Origin: an uncultured Eubacteriales bacterium
Lineage (GTDB): Bacteria; Bacillota; Clostridia; Christensenellales; UBA1242
Assembly: GCA_949001935.1 (NCBI GenBank)
Contig: CARJLX010000001.1
Coordinates: 115 to 64,114 of the forward strand
Direction of reading: 5' to 3'
Length of the DNA: 64,000 nt
Shown: positions 1 through 7,689 of the stretch, one piece after another
Layout: each line of letters begins with the position of its first letter
How positions within the stretch are numbered: the stretch's first letter is position 1
Position numbers and translations under genes: made by a program
The notes under the pieces: generated by a model
Told to the model about the DNA's origin: nothing
The model's database searches: none
The model's input: only the letters and a program-made list of their open reading frames with translations

Positions 1-20
1 CATTTTGCACCTTTTTAATA

Positions 21-50
21 TAAAAAATCCGCCTAAACAGACGGATTTAC
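21..50 (-). terminator. rho-independent terminator after the hexapeptide-repeat gene
   Basis: Hairpin AATCCG (26-31) / CGGATT (42-47). On the minus strand it is followed by a T-run (complement of the A-run at 22-27). Confidence 0.5.
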
Positions 51-72
51 TTTAAATTTAAGACTGTTTGGC

Positions 73-765
73 TTATCGGCAAAGTTCATCATCATAAACA
101 GATAATTTTGTATCTCCATTTACTACATAATTTTCTTTACCTATACGTGCAGCTCCGTATACTTCTGCATTGTCGTAAACTTCGACATATTCCATGATTC
201 CTGCATGTCCATAAACTTTTGCATTACCATAAACTTTTGCAGCATTAAAGATTTCTGCATTTTCAAACACTTTGGCTTTACCAAAGACTTCAGCATGTCC
301 CGAAATATGTGCTTGACCTGAAATGTCAGCGCATTCATATACTTTTGCATTAGAGTCAACTCGCGCAAATTCTCGAATAGTGGCATCTCCATATACTTTG
401 GAATCTTCACTAATCTCCGCACACCCAAACACTTGTGCATGCCCATAGACCTGTGCGCTTCCAAAAATTTTCCCTTTCTCAAAAATTTGTGCGTTTCCTG
501 CAACTATCGCTTCCCCAGAAACGTGTGCGTCGTCTCTAACTTGTGCATTACCAAAAACAACTGCATCCATGCCAATCCAGCATGTGCCTTCTTGACTTAA
601 ATTGTCTTCACGCTCGATATATCCGCCTTTTGTGCCTTTTGCAACAAGAAGATAGCCTTTCTCGTCAACAATATCTTCCAAAGCTACAATACGGTGTAAA
701 ATTATTTCAGTCTTTCCTTCAATAATCTTAACATCTTCTTCATCTTGTGAAATTTGATATTTCAT
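73..765 (-). CDS. YdcK-like left-handed beta-helix (hexapeptide-repeat) protein
   Basis: About 23 consecutive hexads of the form [IV]-x-x-x-A-x (VFGNAQ VRDDAH VSGEAI VAGNAQ ...). The N-domain LHRIVALEDI..GGYIEREDNLSQEGTCWI resembles E. coli YdcK. Start moved to the ATG at 765 (MKYQISQ), which is preceded by GGAGG. Confidence 0.7.
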   Translation of the reverse strand: MKYQISQDEEDVKIIEGKTEIILHRIVALEDIVDEKGYLLVAKGTKGGYIEREDNLSQEGTCWIGMDAVVFGNAQVRDDAHVSGEAIVAGNAQIFEKGKIFGSAQVYGHAQVFGCAEISEDSKVYGDATIREFARVDSNAKVYECADISGQAHISGHAEVFGKAKVFENAEIFNAAKVYGNAKVYGHAGIMEYVEVYDNAEVYGAARIGKENYVVNGDTKLSVYDDELCR

Positions 766-803
766 TTTTTCCTCCATACAAAAATATTTTATCATATTTG
801 CTA

Positions 804-1544
804 TTATTTGTCAATAGTTTGTTGATTTTCTTCTTCAATTTGGGGATTAAGGACAATTTCTTGTTTTTGTTTCTTTTCAAGTTTAATCCATTCAAGCATT
901 CCATAGGCGTCATAGATTATTTGGAAAACATGATATATAATCATTGGAATAAAAGATAAATCTCCCTGCACCACAAGAAAGATCCAAAGGATAGGAACAA
1001 TAAAGTCGTTTATCAAAAATGCAACTTGATTCCACTTACATCTTCTGATTAAAAGATAAACAGCGGGCAGCATTGACAAAAACGAAAAAGTGTTTGTCAC
1101 AAGTTGATTTGTTTGCAGTGCTCTTAAAATAAAGAAAACTGCAACGCCAACACCAACAAAAGCGAGAGAAGAAAACAGCCATTCTTTCTTTGAGAGATTA
1201 CTTCGCACAATGACAACATTCTCTTTTTTATCTCTGTGCGCAAGCCAATGGATAACGCCATAAATATACATAGGCAACATGATGATTAAATATAAAAGTG
1301 CTTCGCCATAAAACTTTTGTGTGTAGCAGATGAAGATATAAAAACAAAAGTAAACAACACCAATAAATTGCGTTGCAATTTTTCCTTTGGCTTGTGTGAA
1401 AACGCATAACAATCCCAAAAGGGTGTTTGCGATAATAAACCATTCAGACTTAAACAAAATACCTGTGACAGTCACAGCAATTATGCCTGAAAGGATTAAA
1501 ACCAAATCAAGCCAATTATATCCTTTCCAAGTTTTTAATTTCAT
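804..1544 (-). CDS. pnuC: nicotinamide riboside transporter PnuC family
   Basis: Multi-TM protein with PnuC-like sequence (WLDLVLILSGIIAV.., ..IHWLAHRDKKE.., C-terminal YGMLEWIK). ATG at 1544 is preceded by GAGGTG and overlaps the upstream stop by 4 nt (ATGA). Confidence 0.8.
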   Translation of the reverse strand: MKLKTWKGYNWLDLVLILSGIIAVTVTGILFKSEWFIIANTLLGLLCVFTQAKGKIATQFIGVVYFCFYIFICYTQKFYGEALLYLIIMLPMYIYGVIHWLAHRDKKENVVIVRSNLSKKEWLFSSLAFVGVGVAVFFILRALQTNQLVTNTFSFLSMLPAVYLLIRRCKWNQVAFLINDFIVPILWIFLVVQGDLSFIPMIIYHVFQIIYDAYGMLEWIKLEKKQKQEIVLNPQIEEENQQTIDK

Positions 1545-2635
1545 TCGCACACCTCAACAAAGCAAGTTTCAATTTTGCCAGAAAAAGCAGAGTTGAAAAC
1601 TTCCACATAAGCACCAACATTCTTTATGACAAAAACAGTTTTGTTGTCAAGTTTACATTCTGGCAAAGAATAAATCCCAAGAACATCGAGAGAGTCTGCT
1701 GTTGGTCCTCTTAAAACAAGTTTTTGCTTGCTGTTTGCTTTTTCAAGTTTTATCATTTTTTCACCATTGTAGGCAAAAATCTCAAATTGTCTTTTGTGAA
1801 GCTGCGTATCTATTAAGCCATTATAAATCCCAAGTTCAAGTGACGCCACGACTTCATTATTAGTTCTTAAATTGTCAACAACTCTAACACATGACACATA
1901 AACATCTTCCACATCACCAACCAAATATCTTCCGGGCTCCAAAACGATATATTTTGCGCCAAAGTGTTCAAGTGCTTTTTCTATTGTTGGCATTGTGTAA
2001 AGTAAGCGCTCTTTATTTGCACCACCACCGATATTGATGAAATCTATGTTTATATTTTTGCTGAAAGACTTTGTTATGTGATTTAGCATTTTTATTAAGC
2101 AATCTTCATCATTGTGAATTTCCGCTTGAATATAAAAACTTAAACCTTTTTCTATTTCAATGCGATTTTCTTCGTTTATAATTTTTAAGAGTTTTGCTGC
2201 TGTGCTTACAACAGCGCCAAGACGAGAGTCTGTCGCACCTTTTTTGTCAAATTCTTCCTTAAAACACTCATACACATTAAGTCTTACATTGATTTTCAAC
2301 TTTGGCAATTTGTTTCTAATTGACAAATCGATAATTTGTTTTAGTGAATTTTCATCATCAATTGTATAGTAAGAAATTTTATGTTTTATTGCCCACAAAA
2401 TATCTTCTTGGGATTTGGCAACATTTGAAAACATAATCTTGTCAGCAATACTTCTTGAATAAACTTTCTTAATATGCTCAATGCTGTCAGTTTCAAATCC
2501 GCAACCAAGTCTTTTAAGTTCTTTTAAAATGATTGAGTTGTGATTTGTTTTAATGGGAAAATATACAGGACCAAATCCTGCAAACATTTTATAATTCTCT
2601 TTCAATTTTGCTGTGTTGATTTTATATGTTATCAT
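1541..2635 (-). CDS. type III PLP-dependent decarboxylase (Orn/DAP/Arg decarboxylase fold)
   Basis: Motifs FPIKTNHN (PLP-lysine region), GGGANK and EPGRYLVGD. Substrate cannot be assigned. Confidence 0.7.
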   Translation of the reverse strand: MITYKINTAKLKENYKMFAGFGPVYFPIKTNHNSIILKELKRLGCGFETDSIEHIKKVYSRSIADKIMFSNVAKSQEDILWAIKHKISYYTIDDENSLKQIIDLSIRNKLPKLKINVRLNVYECFKEEFDKKGATDSRLGAVVSTAAKLLKIINEENRIEIEKGLSFYIQAEIHNDEDCLIKMLNHITKSFSKNINIDFINIGGGANKERLLYTMPTIEKALEHFGAKYIVLEPGRYLVGDVEDVYVSCVRVVDNLRTNNEVVASLELGIYNGLIDTQLHKRQFEIFAYNGEKMIKLEKANSKQKLVLRGPTADSLDVLGIYSLPECKLDNKTVFVIKNVGAYVEVFNSAFSGKIETCFVEVCE

Positions 2636-2662
2636 GTAAATGCCTTTGTTCTAAGTTGCTAT

Positions 2663-3271
2663 TTATTCAAACACAAATCCTTCCGTGTTTTTAATGATAA
2701 ATTTGCCTTTTGAATATTCAAGTTCCGCACAAGCAACATCTTTGATGTCTAAAAGTTTTCTTTTTTCTTTCAATACTGTTTGAAAAATACTTCTTAAAAC
2801 ACCGCCATGAGTGATGATTGCAATATTGTTTAAACTTTTGCTTTCTTTAAGGATAAATTTCATCACATTTTTTGCGCGTTTATCCAATTCATCAGCGGTT
2901 TCGCCACCGGGCATACATTTTCTGTTATAATAACTTGCATTTTGATATTCTGGCTTTTCCAAGAGATAAGCAAAGAGTTCTTTTGCCAAATTCTTTTCGA
3001 GTCCTGTTAAATATCCATAGTGATTTGTTTCATGCAAATCAAAAACTTTTTCAACAGGGACATTTGTTTTCTTGTTGAGAATATCAGCAGTTTTATAGGC
3101 TCTTTTCAATGGGCTCACAAAGATTTTTTCAACATTAAGTTTTTCAAATTTTGGTCTAAATTTTTCAACTTTTTTTGCGCCATTTTCGGTTAAATCCCAA
3201 TCTGAAGCTCCGCCATAGCAGTTTATCAAATCGTCTTGCGATTCGCTGTGTCTTATCAAATAAATTTTCAT
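2663..3271 (-). CDS. histidine phosphatase (phosphoglycerate mutase-like) family protein
   Basis: N-terminal IYLIRHSES (RHG-type motif) and a later ITHGG. RBS AAGGAGA upstream. Confidence 0.75.
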   Translation of the reverse strand: MKIYLIRHSESQDDLINCYGGASDWDLTENGAKKVEKFRPKFEKLNVEKIFVSPLKRAYKTADILNKKTNVPVEKVFDLHETNHYGYLTGLEKNLAKELFAYLLEKPEYQNASYYNRKCMPGGETADELDKRAKNVMKFILKESKSLNNIAIITHGGVLRSIFQTVLKEKRKLLDIKDVACAELEYSKGKFIIKNTEGFVFE

Positions 3272-3289
3272 AGGTTTCTCCTTACGGAT

Positions 3290-3298
3290 ATTATAGCA
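3290..3298 (-). promoter_or_regulatory. extended -10 promoter (TGcTATAAT) for the phosphatase-decarboxylase-pnuC-ydcK-like operon
   Basis: The minus strand reads TGCTATAAT about 20 nt upstream of the ATG at 3271. Confidence 0.45.
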
Positions 3299-3339
3299 TA
3301 ATCTTCGCTATTTTGTATATGTTTTTTAGAAATTTATAT

Positions 3340-3369
3340 AAAAAAGAGTAAGGCGAAAAATCTTACTCT
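3340..3369 (-). terminator. rho-independent terminator of the SLOG gene
   Basis: Hairpin AGAGTAAG (3345-3352) / CTTACTCT (3362-3369), with a T-run on the minus strand. Confidence 0.5.
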
Positions 3370-3935
3370 TATGGCTTGATCAGTTCGATTTTTAGTCCTT
3401 TTTGTTTTGCTTTATTGACTGTGTATTTTGTGCCACCGGGTTTATTGTCAAACAAAGCAAACACAAGTGAAGAACAATTTAGCATATAGTCATTTCTTTC
3501 CAACATACATTTTGGGTTGTCGTCATATCTCTCATAAAGACAACGCACATCATCACATTGTTGTAAAAGATTTTTATATCTTGCAATTTGATTTTCTTTC
3601 CAAAGTCTGTATTGATCTCTGCATGGCAGTGCGGCGACAAGTTTTATTTGTGGATATTTCTCTTTTAGTTCCAAGACAATTTCTGCAAAAATCATATCAA
3701 ATCCAATTGCCATGCCAGATATGAAAACTTTGTATCCATTTTGAATTGCGTTTTCGACTTTTGCTTTTGTTCTTTTTCTCATATCAAGACATCTTATGTC
3801 TTGTTCATTAAATCCCCATGGGCATTTTTGCGGCCTATATCCAGTTGAGCAAGCAGTATATGCCGACATTTCTTCATTGATAAGTAAACACTCATCTTTA
3901 ATTTTGCCAATTGATTTTTTAAACCAAGTCATCAA
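3369..3935 (-). CDS. SLOG-superfamily protein, YpsA/DUF1273-like
   Basis: STGYRPQK.., Gly-rich loop FISGMAIGFD, and C-terminal KPGGTKYTV..KGLKI, all typical of the DUF1273/YpsA family. AAGGAG RBS. Confidence 0.7.
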   Translation of the reverse strand: MMTWFKKSIGKIKDECLLINEEMSAYTACSTGYRPQKCPWGFNEQDIRCLDMRKRTKAKVENAIQNGYKVFISGMAIGFDMIFAEIVLELKEKYPQIKLVAALPCRDQYRLWKENQIARYKNLLQQCDDVRCLYERYDDNPKCMLERNDYMLNCSSLVFALFDNKPGGTKYTVNKAKQKGLKIELIKP

Positions 3936-3946
3936 AAAACTCCTTT

Positions 3947-3968
3947 TAGTTATGTTTTTGCATAACTA
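3947..3968. promoter_or_regulatory. inverted-repeat operator candidate 1 (TAGTTATG-N6-CATAACTA)
   Basis: Seen directly in the divergent SLOG/XRE intergenic region. Confidence 0.4.
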
Positions 3969-4030
3969 TATTAGCACAAGTTTCTTCATTTTCAAAAAGA
4001 TTTTATGTTTTTACATAATTATTTATAAAA

Positions 4031-4054
4031 ATAGTTATGCTAAAATATAACTAT
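4031..4054. promoter_or_regulatory. inverted-repeat operator candidate 2 (ATAGTTAT-N8-ATAACTAT)
   Basis: Same AGTTAT/ATAACT half-sites as candidate 1, about 25 nt upstream of the first XRE gene. Confidence 0.4.
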
Positions 4055-4078
4055 CTAAAAACATAAAGGGGCGAGAAG

Positions 4079-4318
4079 ATGAGCGTTTCAAAAGCAGTGA
4101 CAGCAAGAATAAATGAGATATTGAGAGAAAAGGATTTGTCATGGTATAAAATCGAACAAATCACGGGCTTGTCAAAAGGAACGATTATATCGTTGCAGTA
4201 TTCAAGATATAAAGGTGTAAATCTAACAACTTTGGTTGTTATTATCAGAGCATTAGGCGTTTCCATTGATGAATTTTTCAAAAGTCCATTATTTAGTGAA
4301 GAAAACTTGGACTGCTAA
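4079..4318 (+). CDS. XRE-family helix-turn-helix transcriptional regulator
   Basis: 79 aa. HTH region LSWYKIEQITGLSKGTIISLQ. RBS GGGGCGAGAAG. Confidence 0.75.
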   Translation: MSVSKAVTARINEILREKDLSWYKIEQITGLSKGTIISLQYSRYKGVNLTTLVVIIRALGVSIDEFFKSPLFSEENLDC

Positions 4319-4342
4319 ACGCTTTCTCACATGGGTGGTTGT

Positions 4343-4588
4343 ATGACAATAAGCAAATGTGTTTCTCAAAGATTGCGTGAGATTTTATTTGAAAAACAGA
4401 TAACTATATATAAGTTATGTGAAATTAGCGGATTAAGCAAAGGCACAATTACATCTTTGTTGTATAATCGTTATGAAAGTGTAAATATGAAAACAGTTTT
4501 CATTTTACTTCAAACAATGTCAATCCCGGTGCTGCAATTTTTTGACAGTCCTTTATTTGCTGACTTGGATAATATCAATTTATATTAA
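4343..4588 (+). CDS. XRE-family HTH regulator, tandem paralog
   Basis: Aligns along its whole length with the preceding protein (R..EIL.EK....YK..EI(S/T)GLSKGTI.SL.Y.RY..VN..T......). Start placed at MTISK. Confidence 0.7.
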   Translation: MTISKCVSQRLREILFEKQITIYKLCEISGLSKGTITSLLYNRYESVNMKTVFILLQTMSIPVLQFFDSPLFADLDNINLY

Positions 4589-4601
4589 AAATAGATAAAA
4601 A

Positions 4602-4623
4602 ATACTCCCTGTTAGGGGAGTAT
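4602..4623. terminator. bidirectional terminator between convergent genes
   Basis: ATACTCCC / GGGAGTAT stem with a 6-nt loop, A-run before and T-rich tract after. Confidence 0.6.
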
Positions 4624-4635
4624 TTGTATTTTGCG

Positions 4636-6057
4636 TTATTTTAAGATTTTCCAATAGCCATTTTTGTCGGCGCCACATCTTTCAATAAAACCGTTGTCTT
4701 TCAAAGTTTTTATTGCTCTTTTGACTGTTCTGTCAGATTTTCCAGATAGCTTCTTTAAATCTTCAGCAGTATATGAATTTTTCTTTTTTATCCACTCATA
4801 TACAGTTTTTACAGTGCCATTTAGTGGGACATTTACAGTGCCATTTAGTGGGACATTGTCAATAATATGTTCCACAGGGTCAATCCCATCAAGTGGGATA
4901 ACAAGTTGCTTGTTATAATTTGAATTATATATAACAACCCTAAAAAATCCGCCTGAACAATAAAATTCAACATGATTGTCCTTATCACCAAAAAGACGAT
5001 TTGTTCTATCGGTTATCTTTTTGAGTCCAGTTCCACGTCTTTCCATGAAATTCATTCTGGCAAACAAGTCGGCTAAAATAGGGTTTCGTCTTGCAGATGT
5101 GACAACATCTGTCATTTGCTGTTTGATCTCTTGCCCAGAGTACATTCCGCCGGGTGAAGTGATTTCAAGTCTATCATCAAACAAATTTATACTTACTTCT
5201 GATCCAAGTTGAGTATATTCTCGGTGTATAATAGCATTGACAATAGCTTCCCTTATAGCTTCCTCATCATAGTCTGGGTTTACTATACGATCTAAGCCTT
5301 CAATGTGCCAATTTTTCTTTGTGTTGTTTCTAACAAAGTCCAAAGCAGAAAACAGTTGTCCGATAACTCCGCCAGAGATTTCTTTGTCATCAATAGCTTT
5401 GTTTATAGATGTTTTATCTAATCCAATCCAATGAGTGCAGAAAATTCTATTCTGTCTATAAATGTTTTGGTCTGCGAGTAAAACACCTGCATTTGTCAAA
5501 TAACCTTCATTAGTTGCAAGCCCGAAAGAAATATAGTCTTGTTCAGTTATTTTAGTATAAGTCTTTTCTAAAAAGGTTGCTTCAAATAAAGTAAATGAGT
5601 AATCCGATTTTCTATATCTTGTGACTAAGCTGTCATAAGTTTGGTTTGTTCCTTTCAAAATCAGTTCGTTAAGAATATGAACGGGTGCAACAACGGACTC
5701 GTTGCCACTTCTTATATAGGCTTCTCGAATTCCGTCACTTTCATAATAATATGGGGTTGATGTGCCGGGATAAACTTTTACTATCACAACAACTTTTCCA
5801 TTTTCATTTTGTGGGATCAATTCGTATTTCGGTGTAGGTTTTATCTTTGAGTTGATTTTCTCTGAAATAAAGTCACATACTTCTTGTGGGTTTTCAATCC
5901 CTACAATCTTGCGATCATTGTCAACTCCAAAGAATAGAGATCCGCCCATATTATTGGCAAAGGCCGAAACAGATTTAAGCCAACTTTTTGGTCTTTGTCT
6001 TTCAACTTGCACTTTAAAATCATAGTCAGAACATTCTGCAATAAGTTTTGATAACAT
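4636..6057 (-). CDS. AlbA_2 (Schlafen-like) DNA-binding domain + HATPase_c_4-like ATPase + C-terminal wHTH regulator
   Basis: N-terminal ECSDYDFK..WLKSVSAFANN.GG.LFFGV, middle REAIVNAIIHREY...LEITSPGG, C-terminal winged-helix-like tail. AGGAGA RBS. Confidence 0.7.
   Translation of the reverse strand: MLSKLIAECSDYDFKVQVERQRPKSWLKSVSAFANNMGGSLFFGVDNDRKIVGIENPQEVCDFISEKINSKIKPTPKYELIPQNENGKVVVIVKVYPGTSTPYYYESDGIREAYIRSGNESVVAPVHILNELILKGTNQTYDSLVTRYRKSDYSFTLFEATFLEKTYTKITEQDYISFGLATNEGYLTNAGVLLADQNIYRQNRIFCTHWIGLDKTSINKAIDDKEISGGVIGQLFSALDFVRNNTKKNWHIEGLDRIVNPDYDEEAIREAIVNAIIHREYTQLGSEVSINLFDDRLEITSPGGMYSGQEIKQQMTDVVTSARRNPILADLFARMNFMERRGTGLKKITDRTNRLFGDKDNHVEFYCSGGFFRVVIYNSNYNKQLVIPLDGIDPVEHIIDNVPLNGTVNVPLNGTVKTVYEWIKKKNSYTAEDLKKLSGKSDRTVKRAIKTLKDNGFIERCGADKNGYWKILK
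4811..4858. repeat. tandem 24-bp duplication inside the AlbA_2 gene
   Basis: ACAGTGCCATTTAGTGGGACATT(T/G) occurs twice and encodes NVPLNGTV NVPLNGTV in frame. Confidence 0.9.
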
Positions 6058-6138
6058 ATAATTCTCCTAAATAATAATTTGAGTATATCATATTTAGGGC
6101 AAAAATTCAAATCTTAATGTCAAAAATTAAAAACTATT

Positions 6139-7335
6139 TTATAATTCGCTGATTGCAAGAATGTTGAGTTCTGGATATTGTTCTTTGTATTGTTCAACCA
6201 AATTGTCGGGAACATAAACTTCTGCGTTGAGCAAATAGTCCTTATCATAGCCAATATCCAAAACAATGTTTGGTCTATAAATTATTCTTTGTAAACTATC
6301 ACAGCCTGCGACACATGGCAAATAATAATCAACTCCTTCTGGCACATCAATTTCTTTCAATGTCTCGCAAACATGAAAGGCTGCAAATTCAATTCTTGTC
6401 ACAGTGTCGGGTATTGTTATTTGTTCCAAACTTACACAGCCCCAAAATGCACTATCACAGATTGCAGTTATTTTTCCTTTAAATTCAATACTCTTTAAAT
6501 TTGAACACGCATTACATAGTCCATTTGGCACTTGTGTGATTTGTGTTGGCAAAACAAGACTTTCCAAAGCGCTATTAGAGAAACATGAATATCCTATTGA
6601 TATTAAACTTTCTGGCAATTCGATCTCTTTTATATTTGAGCTTGAAAAAGCACAAGTTCCTATATGAGTTATACCTTCTGGCACAATCACTTTTTCAACT
6701 GATGTTTCTGCAAAAGCATTTTCAGCAATAGATGTCACTTGGAAATCGTTGCCTTCAACAAAGATCTCTTTTTTTTCTTTATATATAATAGGAAAGGCAT
6801 CATCAATATTTTCAAGTTCTGGCAAAATGTTTGAAGAATTATAAATAACATAATCCTCGCCATTTGCAAGTTGAATAGTTATCTCTTTGCCTTTCCATTC
6901 AAATTGTTGATTGTGATACCATTCATAGAAATCCCAAATATTCTCAAAAGTTTTTTCTTCTGTTTTATATCCACCAATTGAATATGATGTTGGGATTGTT
7001 ATTTCATTGTTTGTTGCAGTGCAACCAGTGAAAGCTCCGTCTTTAAATGAAAAAGGAATGATTGTTCCAACGATTTCATCTTCTTTTGGTTTCTCATCTT
7101 CTTTCGGTGGTTTTGGGGGGATGACATCAGCAGGCTTCTTATTTTCTTCGTCATCTTTGTCTGTTGGGTTGTCATCTGGCAATTCCGGTGGCGTTTCTGG
7201 ATCCACCGGGATTTCAATGGCTGGTCCATTGTTGTCATTTTGTGGCGCTGTTTTTGGAATACAGCATAAAAGAATAGTAGTGCCAACAATAAGCACAAAA
7301 GCTATGGCACCAATAATAATCCAAAATTTTTTCAT
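6139..7335 (-). CDS. BspA-type leucine-rich-repeat surface protein with N-terminal membrane anchor
   Basis: TM helix FWIIIGAIAFVLIVGTTILLCCI, Pro/Glu/Asp/Lys-rich linker, then repeats of the ..I.IP..VT.I...AF..C..L..I.. type. Confidence 0.7.
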   Translation of the reverse strand: MKKFWIIIGAIAFVLIVGTTILLCCIPKTAPQNDNNGPAIEIPVDPETPPELPDDNPTDKDDEENKKPADVIPPKPPKEDEKPKEDEIVGTIIPFSFKDGAFTGCTATNNEITIPTSYSIGGYKTEEKTFENIWDFYEWYHNQQFEWKGKEITIQLANGEDYVIYNSSNILPELENIDDAFPIIYKEKKEIFVEGNDFQVTSIAENAFAETSVEKVIVPEGITHIGTCAFSSSNIKEIELPESLISIGYSCFSNSALESLVLPTQITQVPNGLCNACSNLKSIEFKGKITAICDSAFWGCVSLEQITIPDTVTRIEFAAFHVCETLKEIDVPEGVDYYLPCVAGCDSLQRIIYRPNIVLDIGYDKDYLLNAEVYVPDNLVEQYKEQYPELNILAISEL

Positions 7336-7390
7336 TGTTATACTTCCTTATTTAAAATTTAAAAAATAAAAAATAAGCAAAATTGCTTAC

Positions 7391-7643
7391 TTGTGACGAA
7401 TTTTTGCAAGAAAAATGCAAAATTTTTGCAAAAGTGCCGTTTTGTGCTTTTGTTTAACGGCAAAATGTTGTATAATGTTTTTTGTTAAAGTGAAATCGCT
7501 AAACTGCCGATAAATAGGCACATATAGGCACTTTAATAAACGATATAAAATGGTAAAATCTGACGGAAAACACGAACAGCCAGCAATGAGTTTCGACAAC
7601 TTCGGAACTTAGTGTGAGGGTTCGAGTCCTTCTGGGAGCACCA
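7391..7643 (+). repeat. 253-bp repeat unit A (direct repeat of 11072-11324)
   Basis: Ungapped alignment with unit B. The first 58 nt are identical. By hand count there are about 51 mismatches in 253 nt, concentrated in the middle. Confidence 0.9.
7483..7643 (+). ncRNA. candidate small RNA A ending in a tRNA-like T-arm/acceptor/ACCA minihelix
   Basis: TATAAT at 7471-7476. The 3' end reads GAGGG-TTCGAGT-CCTTC-TGGGAGC-A-CCA (7616-7643). No D arm or anticodon arm was found. Confidence 0.35.
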
Positions 7644-7689
7644 GTAATTTCTATTTTGTGACGAACTTGTTGCAAATTTACATAAAATT

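Noticed and set aside
7387-7599. Minus-strand ORFs of 70 aa (7387-7599) and 65 aa (11128-11325) from the ORF track.
   Set aside because: They are antisense translations of the two repeat units. MVHPEGLEPS.. is the typical artefact of reading a T-arm backwards. There is no RBS and substitutions between the copies are not frame-respecting.
7616-7643. Possible complete tRNA or tmRNA gene, because of GGTTCGAGTCC plus an ACCA end (also at 11297-11324).
   Set aside because: Upstream sequence provides no 5' acceptor strand (GCTCCCA / GCACCCA), D arm or anticodon arm. The promoter-to-CCA distance (~160 nt) and the absence of a GGGG..TTCGAC 5' domain or tag ORF with resume codon argue against tmRNA. 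Kept only as a tRNA-like minihelix.
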